From: an uncultured Bacilli bacterium
GTDB taxonomy: Bacteria; Bacillota_I; Bacilli_A; RFN20; CAG-826
Assembly: GCA_905235515.1 (NCBI GenBank)
Contig: CAJOLV010000009.1
Coordinates: 1-63,879 of the forward strand
Direction: 5' to 3'
Length of the DNA: 63,879 bases
Shown piece by piece: positions 49,170-58,968 of this stretch (its first letter is position 1; each line of letters opens with the position of its first letter). Made by a program: the position numbers and the translations under genes. A model generated the notes under the pieces. That model saw only the letters and a program-made list of their open reading frames with translations. It was not told the origin of the DNA and did not search any database.

Positions 49170-50696
49170 TTAATAGCTTTTTTTCGACAAGGATATTGAT
49201 GGTTTATCACCGAGCAAATATCTGATGTTCTCCTTCGCACAAACCTTTTGGACTGCCCAAGTGCCTGTCGCTAAAGCGAAAGGTAATCCGCCAGGAGAAG
49301 CCATCCATTGAGAAGCCATATAAACATTATTTAATCCTTTGATTCTTCCACTATCCCAATACATACTGTTTTTACTAGTAAAAGCAAAGGACATATAAGC
49401 ACCTTTATAATTATTTGTGTATCTAGTTAATGTTATCGGAGTGGAGACATCTAATAATTCAATATTTCCTTCTAATTCAGGGAAGCGTTTAATGATACGA
49501 GAAATGACATCGTTCGCGACTCTTTGCTTTTCTAATCGGTAGTTATTTTTATCTAAAGATTTCCAATAATCATAATCTTCTTGGAATTGGTTAAGTAAGA
49601 TTAAAACTACACTATTGCCCTTAGAGGAGATTGTTTTATCATAACTAAAATCTCTCATATGGATACCAGTAACTTTTTGTTTACCAACCATAAATGGTTC
49701 GCATTCAAAGTGATAGATAAAATCTTTCTTGATATCTTTTTTAAAATTGACAAACACCAATGTAGATGAAGGAGTTGGATTCTTCGTTTCGTTAAATAAA
49801 TTCTTATAGAATTTTTTCTTAATATATCGATCTTTTAGGATGTTATGTAAGAAATAAAATGAATCACAAGCTGGGATTAAATAATCGCAATCATAGATTC
49901 TACCATTTTCTAAAACCACACCAGTGACATTATTATCATTAATAATGACATCTTTAACAGGAGAATTAGTTTTTATTGTTCCACCAAGAGAAAGGAAATA
50001 ATCTTTCATATTTTCAATCATTTTGACAGAACCACCAATTGGGACTCCACCATTACCAGACGCTATTGCAGCGTAAGAATAGATAACTTGGAATAGATTA
50101 CCTCTTCCACCTTGAATCTTATCAATCGCATTTCTAATTGCGGGATGTTTAAATTTACGAGCGTATTTATAATTATCCATCTTCATTGTCATCAAATATG
50201 ATGGAAAAACACTTAGAACTTTTAATCCATAAGCTAAAAGCTTAAAGATATTCATCTTACCTACAGGTGTAGTGACTGGAGAAGAAATCCTCATAAAGTC
50301 TCTCACCTTATTAAAGAAACGATGAATTTGTCTTTTATCCTCTGGGGAAATTTCTATCCAAGTTTGTTCGGCTTTATCAATGTCAGAATAAAAAGGTACT
50401 TCTATTCCTTTATACTCAAAGGTTCCAAAAGATGGAAGATGAACAATATCTTCATTACATTGAAAAGCGTGGACATTTTTCCACATTCTATTTAAATCAC
50501 AACCATCTTTAGTGCCTGTTAGCCAATGGATACAACCATCGAGATAATGACCTTTACGATACCAACCAGTGCATAGACCACCGACAGTGGGATTTTTTTC
50601 TAATATTGTGGCGTGGAGCCCGTGTTGTTCAGCATAAATACCAGCAGCTAAACCAGAGACACCCGCTCCGATAATAATGACGTCTTTAATACGCAT
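49170..50696 (-). CDS. FAD-dependent oxidoreductase, phytoene desaturase/CrtISO/retinol saturase superfamily
   Basis: IIGAGVSGL, GGLCTGWYRKG..DGCIHWL, STPITLTRYTNNYKGAY and SQWMASPGGLP motifs. Confidence 0.88.
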   Translation of the reverse strand: MRIKDVIIIGAGVSGLAAGIYAEQHGLHATILEKNPTVGGLCTGWYRKGHYLDGCIHWLTGTKDGCDLNRMWKNVHAFQCNEDIVHLPSFGTFEYKGIEVPFYSDIDKAEQTWIEISPEDKRQIHRFFNKVRDFMRISSPVTTPVGKMNIFKLLAYGLKVLSVFPSYLMTMKMDNYKYARKFKHPAIRNAIDKIQGGRGNLFQVIYSYAAIASGNGGVPIGGSVKMIENMKDYFLSLGGTIKTNSPVKDVIINDNNVTGVVLENGRIYDCDYLIPACDSFYFLHNILKDRYIKKKFYKNLFNETKNPTPSSTLVFVNFKKDIKKDFIYHFECEPFMVGKQKVTGIHMRDFSYDKTISSKGNSVVLILLNQFQEDYDYWKSLDKNNYRLEKQRVANDVISRIIKRFPELEGNIELLDVSTPITLTRYTNNYKGAYMSFAFTSKNSMYWDSGRIKGLNNVYMASQWMASPGGLPFALATGTWAVQKVCAKENIRYLLGDKPSISLSKKSY

Positions 50697-50742
50697 ACGC
50701 TTATTTTACACGCTCACGTTTAATAAGTCAAAACGCACACGC
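50691..50742 (-). promoter_or_regulatory. Leaderless promoter with three ACGC-N2-ACG(C) boxes
   Basis: Minus strand TTGACT-N17-TAAAAT with the ATG 7 nt after the -10 and no SD; boxes at 50691-50700, 50710-50719 and 50733-50742. Confidence 0.7.
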
Positions 50743-50821
50743 ATTAGAGAATTGTTCCTATATTGATTAACTTTTTGTGGATTGTCATTTAAAATAGAAT
50801 AGTAACGATTAGAGGTATCAT

Positions 50822-51703
50822 ATGAGCAAACAAGAATTAATCGCTTTAACTAAGGAACTTCTCCAAGAAGAAAATTTAGAGAACAGAACTAGAGATTTAC
50901 AACTATTAAGAAGAGAATATAAATTTCTCAATGGTAGAGATGAAGAAAGTTATTTCGAACAAGAAGAAACCAATAAATTTATCGCTTTATTTAATGAATT
51001 AGCAAAAAAAGAGCCAAAATTATTGCTTTCTCCATATGACGAAAAGAAAAACATCATCGCTGAAGCGAGAAAATTATTAGACAAAAAAGAAGTCTTAGTG
51101 GCTAATAAAGAATTAGATAAATTATCTGATGACTTTAGAAAAGTTGGTAGATGTTCCACTAAAGAACAAGATGATGAATTATGGCAAGAATTTAGAGAAG
51201 CGAAAGATCAATTCTTTGCGAAGAAGAGAGCCTATTTTGAAGAATTAGCTAAATCTAATGCTGAGAAAAGAGAAAAGAAAGAAGCGATTATTGAAAAAGC
51301 CAAAGCCGTTATTGAAATAGATAACATGAAAGAGGCAAATGAACAAATGAATAACCTCAGAAAAGAATGGAAAGAAGTTGGTTATTCTGGTAAAGGTGAT
51401 GAATACTTATGGAAAGAATTCGCAAAAGTCTTAGATGAATTCCAAGATAAGAAAAAAGAACGTCATCGTGAAATGTTAAAACTCTTTGAAGAAAGAGCAA
51501 ATAAAAAAGAAGACTTAATCAAGAAAGCCAAACAACTCTTAGCGGATTCTGAATTTACTGATGAAGAAGTCGCAAAAGTAAGAAAAATGAGAGATGACTT
51601 TAGAAATATCGGTTTCGCCGGTAAAGAAAAAGAAGATGATCTCTACAATAAATTCGAAGCCGTTATTAAACAATACTTCGAAGAAATGAAATTCTATAAA
51701 TAA
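50822..51703 (+). CDS. DUF349-domain coiled-coil protein
   Basis: Repeated (W/F)(K/R)xVG..DDxLWxEF..D.FF motifs. Confidence 0.8.
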   Translation: MSKQELIALTKELLQEENLENRTRDLQLLRREYKFLNGRDEESYFEQEETNKFIALFNELAKKEPKLLLSPYDEKKNIIAEARKLLDKKEVLVANKELDKLSDDFRKVGRCSTKEQDDELWQEFREAKDQFFAKKRAYFEELAKSNAEKREKKEAIIEKAKAVIEIDNMKEANEQMNNLRKEWKEVGYSGKGDEYLWKEFAKVLDEFQDKKKERHREMLKLFEERANKKEDLIKKAKQLLADSEFTDEEVAKVRKMRDDFRNIGFAGKEKEDDLYNKFEAVIKQYFEEMKFYK

Positions 51704-51784
51704 CAAAATTCCCTGCAAAGCAGGGTTTTTTCATAAAAAAAGAGGTTGCCTTTAATAATTGAGCAGCCCCTTTTAAGTGGGAGA

Positions 51785-51985
51785 TTATTGGTTATTATTG
51801 CCTTGATTATATTTGTGATATTCATTGAGCAATTGCTTTTTGTTTTTATGACAACATTCACAATCACCCGTTGGCAAATGATGAACTTTTTTATAAATGT
51901 ACTGGCCAATCACAAAAGATAGGAATGCGACAACAAGCACAATCGCTAATATTTCTATCCAAAGTGTGTTGGGATTATTAAACAT
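51785..51985 (-). CDS. FeoB-associated Cys-rich membrane protein
   Basis: TM followed by GDCECCH, directly downstream of feoB. Confidence 0.75.
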   Translation of the reverse strand: MFNNPNTLWIEILAIVLVVAFLSFVIGQYIYKKVHHLPTGDCECCHKNKKQLLNEYHKYNQGNNNQ

Positions 51986-54300
51986 TATTTTCTCCTTAAA
52001 GTAATCTTACCTTCAAATTTGAAGATATAAACAAATGTCAAAACGATTAAACAGATTAATACCACTGTGACAGGAATTGCCCAAGCTAAAGCGCTAACGC
52101 TAAAGCAAGACAATAATGCATAGACAAAGCCCGCTCCGATAAAAGAGGCAATAATCCAGAAGGCTAATGTGTATCTAAATGTACCTTTCTTTAATTCTGC
52201 TTTTGCAGTTGCACACGCTGCAAAGCAAGGAATGGTTAACATGTTAAAGGCGATAAATGAGATACAACCTTGCCAAGAAATACCAGTCGCATGAATCATT
52301 TGACTTACCGCTGTAATACCTTCTTCATCCGCTTCGATTGCTTCAATGATTTCTGGTTCAACCACCCCGCTATTCAAATAGGCAACCGCTACTGCACCTA
52401 AAGTAATAAATGTAGCAATGACATTTTCCTTAGCAATTAAGCCTGTGATTGCCGCAACAGCAAAGACCCAGCCAATTGAGGTGAGTTGAGAACCAAAGCC
52501 AAGTGGAGTGAATAAAGGTTGAATAAACATACCAATAGAGGCAAGGATGGAATCTTGCATATTATCAACCATATGCCAATTCCAGCCAAAATTAGATAAG
52601 AACCAAACGACAATTGTGGAAGCCAAAATGATGGTAAATGCTTTTTTAACAAAGTGTTTTGCTTTATCCCACAAGTGAATCATTAATGACTTGAATTGTG
52701 GTAAATGATATTGTGGCAACTCCATAATAAATGGAGCAGCATCACCTTTTAATGTTGTATGTCTTAAGATTAAAACTGACACAATAGCGGTAATAATGCC
52801 AACGACATACATAGAGTAAGTAATTAAATCAACATGGTTAAAGTTAAAGACTTCTGCCACGCCACCAGCAATCGCAACAAGGATTGGCAATTTAGCGCCA
52901 CAAGAGAAGAACGGAATAACTCTAATTGTGGAGATTTTTTCATTCTCGTCCGCTAATGTTCTAGTATTGATCATCGCTGGAACAGAGCATCCAAAACCCA
53001 TAATCATTGGGATAAAAGCTCTTCCTGATAAACCAAATTTTCTAAATATTCTATCTAAGATAAAGGCAACACGAGCCATATATCCAGTATCTTCCATGAT
53101 GGAGAAAAAGAGGAAAAGAACGAGGATTTGCGGTAAAAACCCTAAAATTGCAAATAATCCAGATAAAACACCATCACATAGGAAACCAGTTAACCAGTGC
53201 CCTTCACCTAACCAAGCTTCCATACCTCCAGCAGTCACATCTATGAGTGCGGAGAAAGACATATCAAATAAATTAAATAGGATTACACCTGGTGAATTAA
53301 TTCCACCATCAGTCCAAATTAATCCTTCATAAATACTACCTTCAAACGATGGAGTGGCATCTTTAAATAATCCGCCTAAGAAGAATAAATTTTCTGAAAA
53401 AGTTAAGTGGAAAACAAAGAACAAAATCACTGCAAAAATTAATAAGCCAAAGACTTTATGGGTTAACACTTTATCGATTCTATCGGATTTGTTTTCTTTA
53501 ACCTTCTTTGGTTCATCTATTTCTTTTTTGATAATAGCTTTTGAGAAATTATTTGAAATATAGTTATATCTCTCATCAGCAATAATTGCTTCTATATCAT
53601 CACCAAAGGTTTCATCCTTAAATGTCTTTTTAAACTCTTCCACCATTGGCAAAAGATCTTTATGCATTTCACTCTCAATCTCATCATTCTCTACGAGCTT
53701 AATTGCGTGGAACAATGGATTGTCAACATTTTTACCTTTAAAGGCGATTCTAACATCACCAATTAAGTGATTCAAATCTTTGTTATAAACAACAGTGTGA
53801 CCTTCTCTTGAAGTCAAGCTAGCTTCATAAGCTGCTTCCATCAATTCTTTTAAATTAGATTCTTCAAGAGCGCTGATTTTCACTACTTTGACTCCTAATT
53901 TTTCTTCAAGAATCTTTTCATCTAATGTATCACCAGCTTTTTCTAAAACATCCATCATATTGATGGCCACTACGACTGGGACATCAATCTCTAATAATTG
54001 TGTAGTAAGATATAAGTTTCTTTCTAAGTTAGTAACATCAACAATGTTAATGACACAATCAGGCTTTTCATCTAAGATGTAATTTCTAGAAATTACTTCT
54101 TCACTTGTGTATGGAGAAAGTGAATAAATACCTGGTAAGTCGATAATAGAGATGGTTTCTTTTAATTTCTTATAAACACCATCTTTTTTCTCAACTGTTA
54201 CACCAGGCCAGTTACCAACATGAGCGGTGCTACCAGTCAAGTTATTAAATAATGTGGTTTTACCACAGTTTGGATTTCCCGCTAAAGCAAAACGTTTCAT
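51985..54300 (-). CDS. feoB: Ferrous iron transport protein B
   Basis: GNPNCGKTTLFN, GNWPGVTVE, DLPGIYSL and NMMD motifs; gate motifs GFGCSVPA and PCFAAC. Confidence 0.97.
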   Translation of the reverse strand: MKRFALAGNPNCGKTTLFNNLTGSTAHVGNWPGVTVEKKDGVYKKLKETISIIDLPGIYSLSPYTSEEVISRNYILDEKPDCVINIVDVTNLERNLYLTTQLLEIDVPVVVAINMMDVLEKAGDTLDEKILEEKLGVKVVKISALEESNLKELMEAAYEASLTSREGHTVVYNKDLNHLIGDVRIAFKGKNVDNPLFHAIKLVENDEIESEMHKDLLPMVEEFKKTFKDETFGDDIEAIIADERYNYISNNFSKAIIKKEIDEPKKVKENKSDRIDKVLTHKVFGLLIFAVILFFVFHLTFSENLFFLGGLFKDATPSFEGSIYEGLIWTDGGINSPGVILFNLFDMSFSALIDVTAGGMEAWLGEGHWLTGFLCDGVLSGLFAILGFLPQILVLFLFFSIMEDTGYMARVAFILDRIFRKFGLSGRAFIPMIMGFGCSVPAMINTRTLADENEKISTIRVIPFFSCGAKLPILVAIAGGVAEVFNFNHVDLITYSMYVVGIITAIVSVLILRHTTLKGDAAPFIMELPQYHLPQFKSLMIHLWDKAKHFVKKAFTIILASTIVVWFLSNFGWNWHMVDNMQDSILASIGMFIQPLFTPLGFGSQLTSIGWVFAVAAITGLIAKENVIATFITLGAVAVAYLNSGVVEPEIIEAIEADEEGITAVSQMIHATGISWQGCISFIAFNMLTIPCFAACATAKAELKKGTFRYTLAFWIIASFIGAGFVYALLSCFSVSALAWAIPVTVVLICLIVLTFVYIFKFEGKITLRRK

Positions 54301-54539
54301 TTTTGTTCCTCCTCAACTTCGAGAATGACTAAACATGCTTCTGATTTACGAAGTGTCAATTCATAGCCTCTAATTGTGACCTCTAACGGATCTCCAAATG
54401 GAGCTTTTTTACGTAGATAAACTTTCGCCCCTGGGGTTACACCCATATCAAATAGTCTTCTACGAAGGTGACCCTCACCTTCCACTTTTTTAATTAGGCC
54501 AGTCTCGCCTATTTGAAATTCGTCTAGTTTTTTTAGCAT
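54297..54539 (-). CDS. feoA: Ferrous iron transport protein A
   Basis: RRLFDMGVTPG...APFGDP...LRKSEA motif. Confidence 0.95.
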   Translation of the reverse strand: MLKKLDEFQIGETGLIKKVEGEGHLRRRLFDMGVTPGAKVYLRKKAPFGDPLEVTIRGYELTLRKSEACLVILEVEEEQK

Positions 54540-54552
54540 AATTCCTACCTTT

Positions 54553-54765
54553 CTACGCTACTAGAATCTTACTAGCGACTGAGTGATCTAACGCCAATCT
54601 TCCTTCCTTAACAGCGATTACTACACCACCATTAACTGAGGAGATTACTCTGATTAATGAGTTAATTAAAATACCAAGACTCTCTAAATGCTTTTTAGTC
54701 TTATCATCGAGCAATATTTTAACAACTTTCATTTCAATGTTAATTGGAGCTAATGCGATTGGCAT
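54553..54765 (-). CDS. feoA: Ferrous iron transport protein A (second copy)
   Basis: KKHLESLG...RLALD..ASKILV SH3-like FeoA pattern. Confidence 0.88.
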   Translation of the reverse strand: MPIALAPINIEMKVVKILLDDKTKKHLESLGILINSLIRVISSVNGGVVIAVKEGRLALDHSVASKILVA

Positions 54766-54784
54766 AATAAGTCCCTCCTTAATT

Positions 54785-54860
54785 AGTTAGCATTAACTAA
54801 CTTAATTTATTATACATTGTTTCACATTAGTGTAAAGAAAAAAGTTAGCATATACTAACT
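54785..54860. promoter_or_regulatory. Two DtxR/MntR-type operator palindromes upstream of feoAAB
   Basis: AGTTAGCATTAACTAACT (54785-54802) and AGTTAGCATATACTAACT (54843-54860), adjacent to a DtxR-family gene. Confidence 0.85.
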
Positions 54861-54889
54861 CGTAATCTTATTAATTGATAATAAATGTA

Positions 54890-55261
54890 TTATTTACGAT
54901 TTGATTGAGCGTACTTTTTTATTGCTTCCCAGGATTTATCCGAAATATCGTGTTCAATACGGCATGCATCTTCCTTAGCGGTTATTTTATCAACCCCAAC
55001 TTTGATGAGAAATTCTGTCAAAATAATATGTTTTTCTAATGTTTTTTCTGCGATTTGTAGACCACTAGTTGTTAAAGATATTTCATCTTTCTCGTTGATA
55101 TCTATATAACCCGCTTCTTTTAATTTCGACATAGCAATAGATACAGAAGGCTTAGAAAAATTCATCGCGCGAGAAATATCAATCGCGTGAACATTTTCTT
55201 TTTCCTTAGATAATTGCAATATCTTTTCTAAATAATCTTCTTGTGATTCCAAACGTCTCAT
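54890..55261 (-). CDS. DtxR/MntR-family metal-dependent regulator
   Basis: SQEDYLEKI, SKPSVS and EDACRIEH motifs. Confidence 0.93.
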   Translation of the reverse strand: MRRLESQEDYLEKILQLSKEKENVHAIDISRAMNFSKPSVSIAMSKLKEAGYIDINEKDEISLTTSGLQIAEKTLEKHIILTEFLIKVGVDKITAKEDACRIEHDISDKSWEAIKKYAQSNRK

Positions 55262-55324
55262 AAAACTAATTTTTGCGGATTTTTATATAAATATTATAAA
55301 ATAATGCCTCAATATTTTCATTAT

Positions 55325-57505
55325 TTAACTATTTTCTATTTCATCCAATTTATTGTTAAGCAAAGTGCGGTTATACCAATATTCTTCATCTATTTCAAAA
55401 TCGACTGGAATGCCTTTATCGTTTTCAATAAAGCTACCGTCTTCTAATTCAAAAGCTTCTGTCATACATGATGAGCATCTTAAATCAAAGCCACATGGTG
55501 TGGTGAAATAATCAACGCCAGACGCACCACCTGCTGATCTTTTACCAATAATTTTTGCGGCTTTATTGTATTTAGCTGCGCCTGGGAAGGCATTTCCACA
55601 GGAGAAAGAAGCACCACTAGTTAAGACATAGAATTCATATTTACCTTCATATGTATCCTCTTCTTCTCCATATATACCATTTTCATTTAAATCCAATTGA
55701 TAATGTCTTTGGCACATATCATTAACATAATAATTATATGAATTAACGTGGAAATCTTTTTTCATTAACCCTAATAAAAATGGTAAAGCAAGAACCATAC
55801 CTCCAGTATTGCAGGATAAATCAAAGACCACGCGTTTTACTTCTGGATGATTAAGTGATACATCTTTCATTGCAGTATAAGCAAAACCAATCGTATCCGT
55901 ATTAACATATGTATCTGGAGCGGCATTATATTCTTTTAATGGTTTTGTAGGTGTGGCCACAAACGAATCAAAAGCAAGATATGCAGTATCATCAACAACT
56001 TGATAACCTTGACCTAAGTTATGAGAGGCACGATAGCCTTCTGCTAACTCGGCATACTTCAATATGCCTCCTCTTCTAGGACCAACCATATTATTAATCG
56101 CAGTTTGATTTTCTTCGCTATCAAAATTATCTTTGCTAAATTTAGAGAAGCCTAATACTTTTGTGTGACCATCATCAATACCTTCTAAAGCCATCTTTGA
56201 AACACCTAAATGATAATCATGATATTTAGGGGATAATATTTCTTCTTTATATTGCTTTAAGAAATTAACGGAATCTCTTACTTTAGGATTAGATTGCACC
56301 AATCCATAATATTCTCCTAAATATAAACTAAGAATCTTATAGTCATATAGAGCGTATTCTGTGCTTCTTTCTTCTTCTAAAAAGAAAGTTTTATTTTTAT
56401 TAATTGAAGATTTAATCTCTTGCGTCGTACCTGGAACAAACGCGTTAGGATAAGAAACACTGAGATTGATATAATCATTATCTTCTGTATAAGTAACTAT
56501 CTTATTGTCAATAAGAGAGGCTTCATCCATAACGAATTCTGCCTTGGTATTGTTATTGATATAAACATAACGACCATGACCCTCATTATCTAAAGATATA
56601 CGTAAGAAAAAATCAGGAATATTAATCTTTTCTAATGTGGATTTAACGGTAAATTCGCCACCTTGAATTACTGGACATTCAAAACGATATTTCTCATTGT
56701 TACCAGGTTCCACTGGTGAAAAAGAAAAATCTGTATTTGTAGATATTGCTGGGGTTATTTTTAAAACCGATAAAAGGATATTTGGTTCTTGTAAATTAAA
56801 CTTCAAAGAAGAGGAATAACAAGATGCAAGCACGTTAGAGCCTCTAGATCCAAAATAATCAACACCATTATAAACAATATGATTATTACCAGATGGTGAC
56901 ATCGAGGTCTTAAATACCACTTGATATAAATCAATTGGCGCGTATAGTTCATTATCCTGCTCAATGATTTTTAAATCGTATTTATTTAAGTCGATAATGC
57001 GATTATCGGTGATAGAAAAATCTATATTCTTTTCTTCCGCTGGTTTATAGAGATGTTCCATTGTCTCAATATTAGGATCAGTATCATAGAAAAGATGATA
57101 AAACGCTTTTGCTTCCTTATTTATAGTGATTGTCTGATTATTTTTATTAAAGACAAAAGGATGAGTGATTGGTTCACCTTCATTACCATTAGCATAACTG
57201 ATGGTGTATACGCCTTTATTATTAGAAAAATCTAATAACGGCTCTTCGGTTTTAAATCCTTGATCAATAAATTTCACCACTGGTAAGAATTCTTTTAATG
57301 AGACATAAGGGACATTACCTTCGCCTTTTCGATTAAATGTCCATAAAGGAAAAGTAAATACTTCATTATTTTTTTCAATGTATAAATTAGATTTCCTATA
57401 TAGTGTTAATTCTTTGTGATCATTAGAGCTATTGCAACTAACAAGCGCTAGCGTACTTATTCCAAGTAATATCAGACTTTTTCTCATAATTTTAATCTCA
57501 TACAA
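55325..57505 (-). CDS. S41-family peptidase lipoprotein
   Basis: Lipobox LVSC (start probably MRKS); DDGHT, FDLSCNTGG, SFSCGN and IGKRSAGG motifs. Confidence 0.85.
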   Translation of the reverse strand: MYEIKIMRKSLILLGISTLALVSCNSSNDHKELTLYRKSNLYIEKNNEVFTFPLWTFNRKGEGNVPYVSLKEFLPVVKFIDQGFKTEEPLLDFSNNKGVYTISYANGNEGEPITHPFVFNKNNQTITINKEAKAFYHLFYDTDPNIETMEHLYKPAEEKNIDFSITDNRIIDLNKYDLKIIEQDNELYAPIDLYQVVFKTSMSPSGNNHIVYNGVDYFGSRGSNVLASCYSSSLKFNLQEPNILLSVLKITPAISTNTDFSFSPVEPGNNEKYRFECPVIQGGEFTVKSTLEKINIPDFFLRISLDNEGHGRYVYINNNTKAEFVMDEASLIDNKIVTYTEDNDYINLSVSYPNAFVPGTTQEIKSSINKNKTFFLEEERSTEYALYDYKILSLYLGEYYGLVQSNPKVRDSVNFLKQYKEEILSPKYHDYHLGVSKMALEGIDDGHTKVLGFSKFSKDNFDSEENQTAINNMVGPRRGGILKYAELAEGYRASHNLGQGYQVVDDTAYLAFDSFVATPTKPLKEYNAAPDTYVNTDTIGFAYTAMKDVSLNHPEVKRVVFDLSCNTGGMVLALPFLLGLMKKDFHVNSYNYYVNDMCQRHYQLDLNENGIYGEEEDTYEGKYEFYVLTSGASFSCGNAFPGAAKYNKAAKIIGKRSAGGASGVDYFTTPCGFDLRCSSCMTEAFELEDGSFIENDKGIPVDFEIDEEYWYNRTLLNNKLDEIENS

Positions 57506-57664
57506 TATTGTAATCCCAAAGGATAAGAAACTTCAATTAGGTGTAATCTAACGCAATAATTGAGGGAAAAGAACATAATCAAGTTGCATTTTTAAAAACA
57601 AAAAACGGCATCCTGTATATTTTACAAAATGCCGATTTTGACATTAACTAAATTGACACTTTTG

Positions 57665-58789
57665 CTATTGAGCTTGTTCTACTTTGAGAGTTAAGTTAAA
57701 TAAGTCAATGGTCAACAAGTATTGACCTTTCTTTTTGAAATAGTATTCGCCTTTGTTATTTTTGTCCAAGAGAGTTGACTCTTCTACGGTAAGTTCATAT
57801 TTCTTGTATGACTTGTTGTAAAAACTTGGAACATCATCAGACATTATGCCATAACCACCGACATCTGAGGTTGCTTCATATTGATATTCAAAGACATATG
57901 GAACCGTTGAATCTTTAGGAGTGAGCTCAACAAAATTACCATCCTTATAGACTACGCAGTCGTAGACTAATGATAATGGGTCTGCTTCCACTCTTATTTG
58001 ATAAGTCATTTTATTAACATAAATGTTAAATTTACCATTTACATTGAATACTACACTAGTTTCAAATTGCGTAGAAGAGATGTAATTTTTTGAATCTTCT
58101 GTAACTGTTAATTTGTAATTGCTGGTGTGAGGTTCACCACTATAAAAAGAATATAATTTACCAGTTTTTACTTGGTAATCGCTAATCATGAATTCATCAC
58201 TATTGTTAGGGTTAACACCCAATGAACTATAAACTATATGCTCATCAACAAGCGTGCCGATATCACAGCTTTTGAATGGATAATAGTAAGGTGTTTTGAT
58301 CGCATTTTTATATTCGAAATCCATAATCATTGTTTTGATATCAAGAACGATTTTATAAACACCACTTTTTTTAACATCAACACGGATGTCTTCGCCTTGT
58401 TCTCTTAGAGGGGTTAAATATTCAGTATTTTCATTTTTTAATGTCGCCCAGATGTGTCGATAATCGCTAGACATCAATTGGAAGAAATCGCCTTCATAGA
58501 AATACATATTGTCATAGATTCTTAAGTTCTCATTATCTTTATCGAGGGTGAAAGGAATGTTGCTTTGATAATAACCTCTTACTTCCATGATGAAAGAGAT
58601 ATAGTCAGACATATAATATGTCTCATCGCCTGTTTTGTAATCTTCTTCTTCATATTCTTTTATGTCAGTACTGTTATCAATATCAGGGATATAGATGCCA
58701 TTAGAGCCACCACTTGGTGTTAGGTCACATGCGGATATCGCTAAAGCGGTAAGAGTAATAAATAAACCAGATGCTACTTTATTTTTCAT
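57665..58789 (-). CDS. Lipoprotein with repeated beta-sandwich modules (SusE/F-like), function unknown
   Basis: Lipobox ISAC; three modules ending KKSGVYKIVLD, NGKFNIYVN and KKKGQYLLTID. Confidence 0.6.
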   Translation of the reverse strand: MKNKVASGLFITLTALAISACDLTPSGGSNGIYIPDIDNSTDIKEYEEEDYKTGDETYYMSDYISFIMEVRGYYQSNIPFTLDKDNENLRIYDNMYFYEGDFFQLMSSDYRHIWATLKNENTEYLTPLREQGEDIRVDVKKSGVYKIVLDIKTMIMDFEYKNAIKTPYYYPFKSCDIGTLVDEHIVYSSLGVNPNNSDEFMISDYQVKTGKLYSFYSGEPHTSNYKLTVTEDSKNYISSTQFETSVVFNVNGKFNIYVNKMTYQIRVEADPLSLVYDCVVYKDGNFVELTPKDSTVPYVFEYQYEATSDVGGYGIMSDDVPSFYNKSYKKYELTVEESTLLDKNNKGEYYFKKKGQYLLTIDLFNLTLKVEQAQ

Positions 58790-58968
58790 TTTGAGAAATC
58801 CTCTGTTTAATAAATTTATTGTATCACATGTGCGATAATGAAGAAAAAGGAATGTTTTTGGTAAATACGCATTGTTTTCAAAATACTATTTGAACCGTAT
58901 TAATCCTTTGAATATATGGACCATCTAATCCAAAAAAATTACCTGATAAAGTGTTTTCTGAATCAATC

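Noticed and set aside
49170-50696. Carotenoid biosynthesis (crtI/crtN)
   Set aside because: No phytoene/dehydrosqualene synthase or prenyltransferase nearby; the context is acyl-lipid metabolism.
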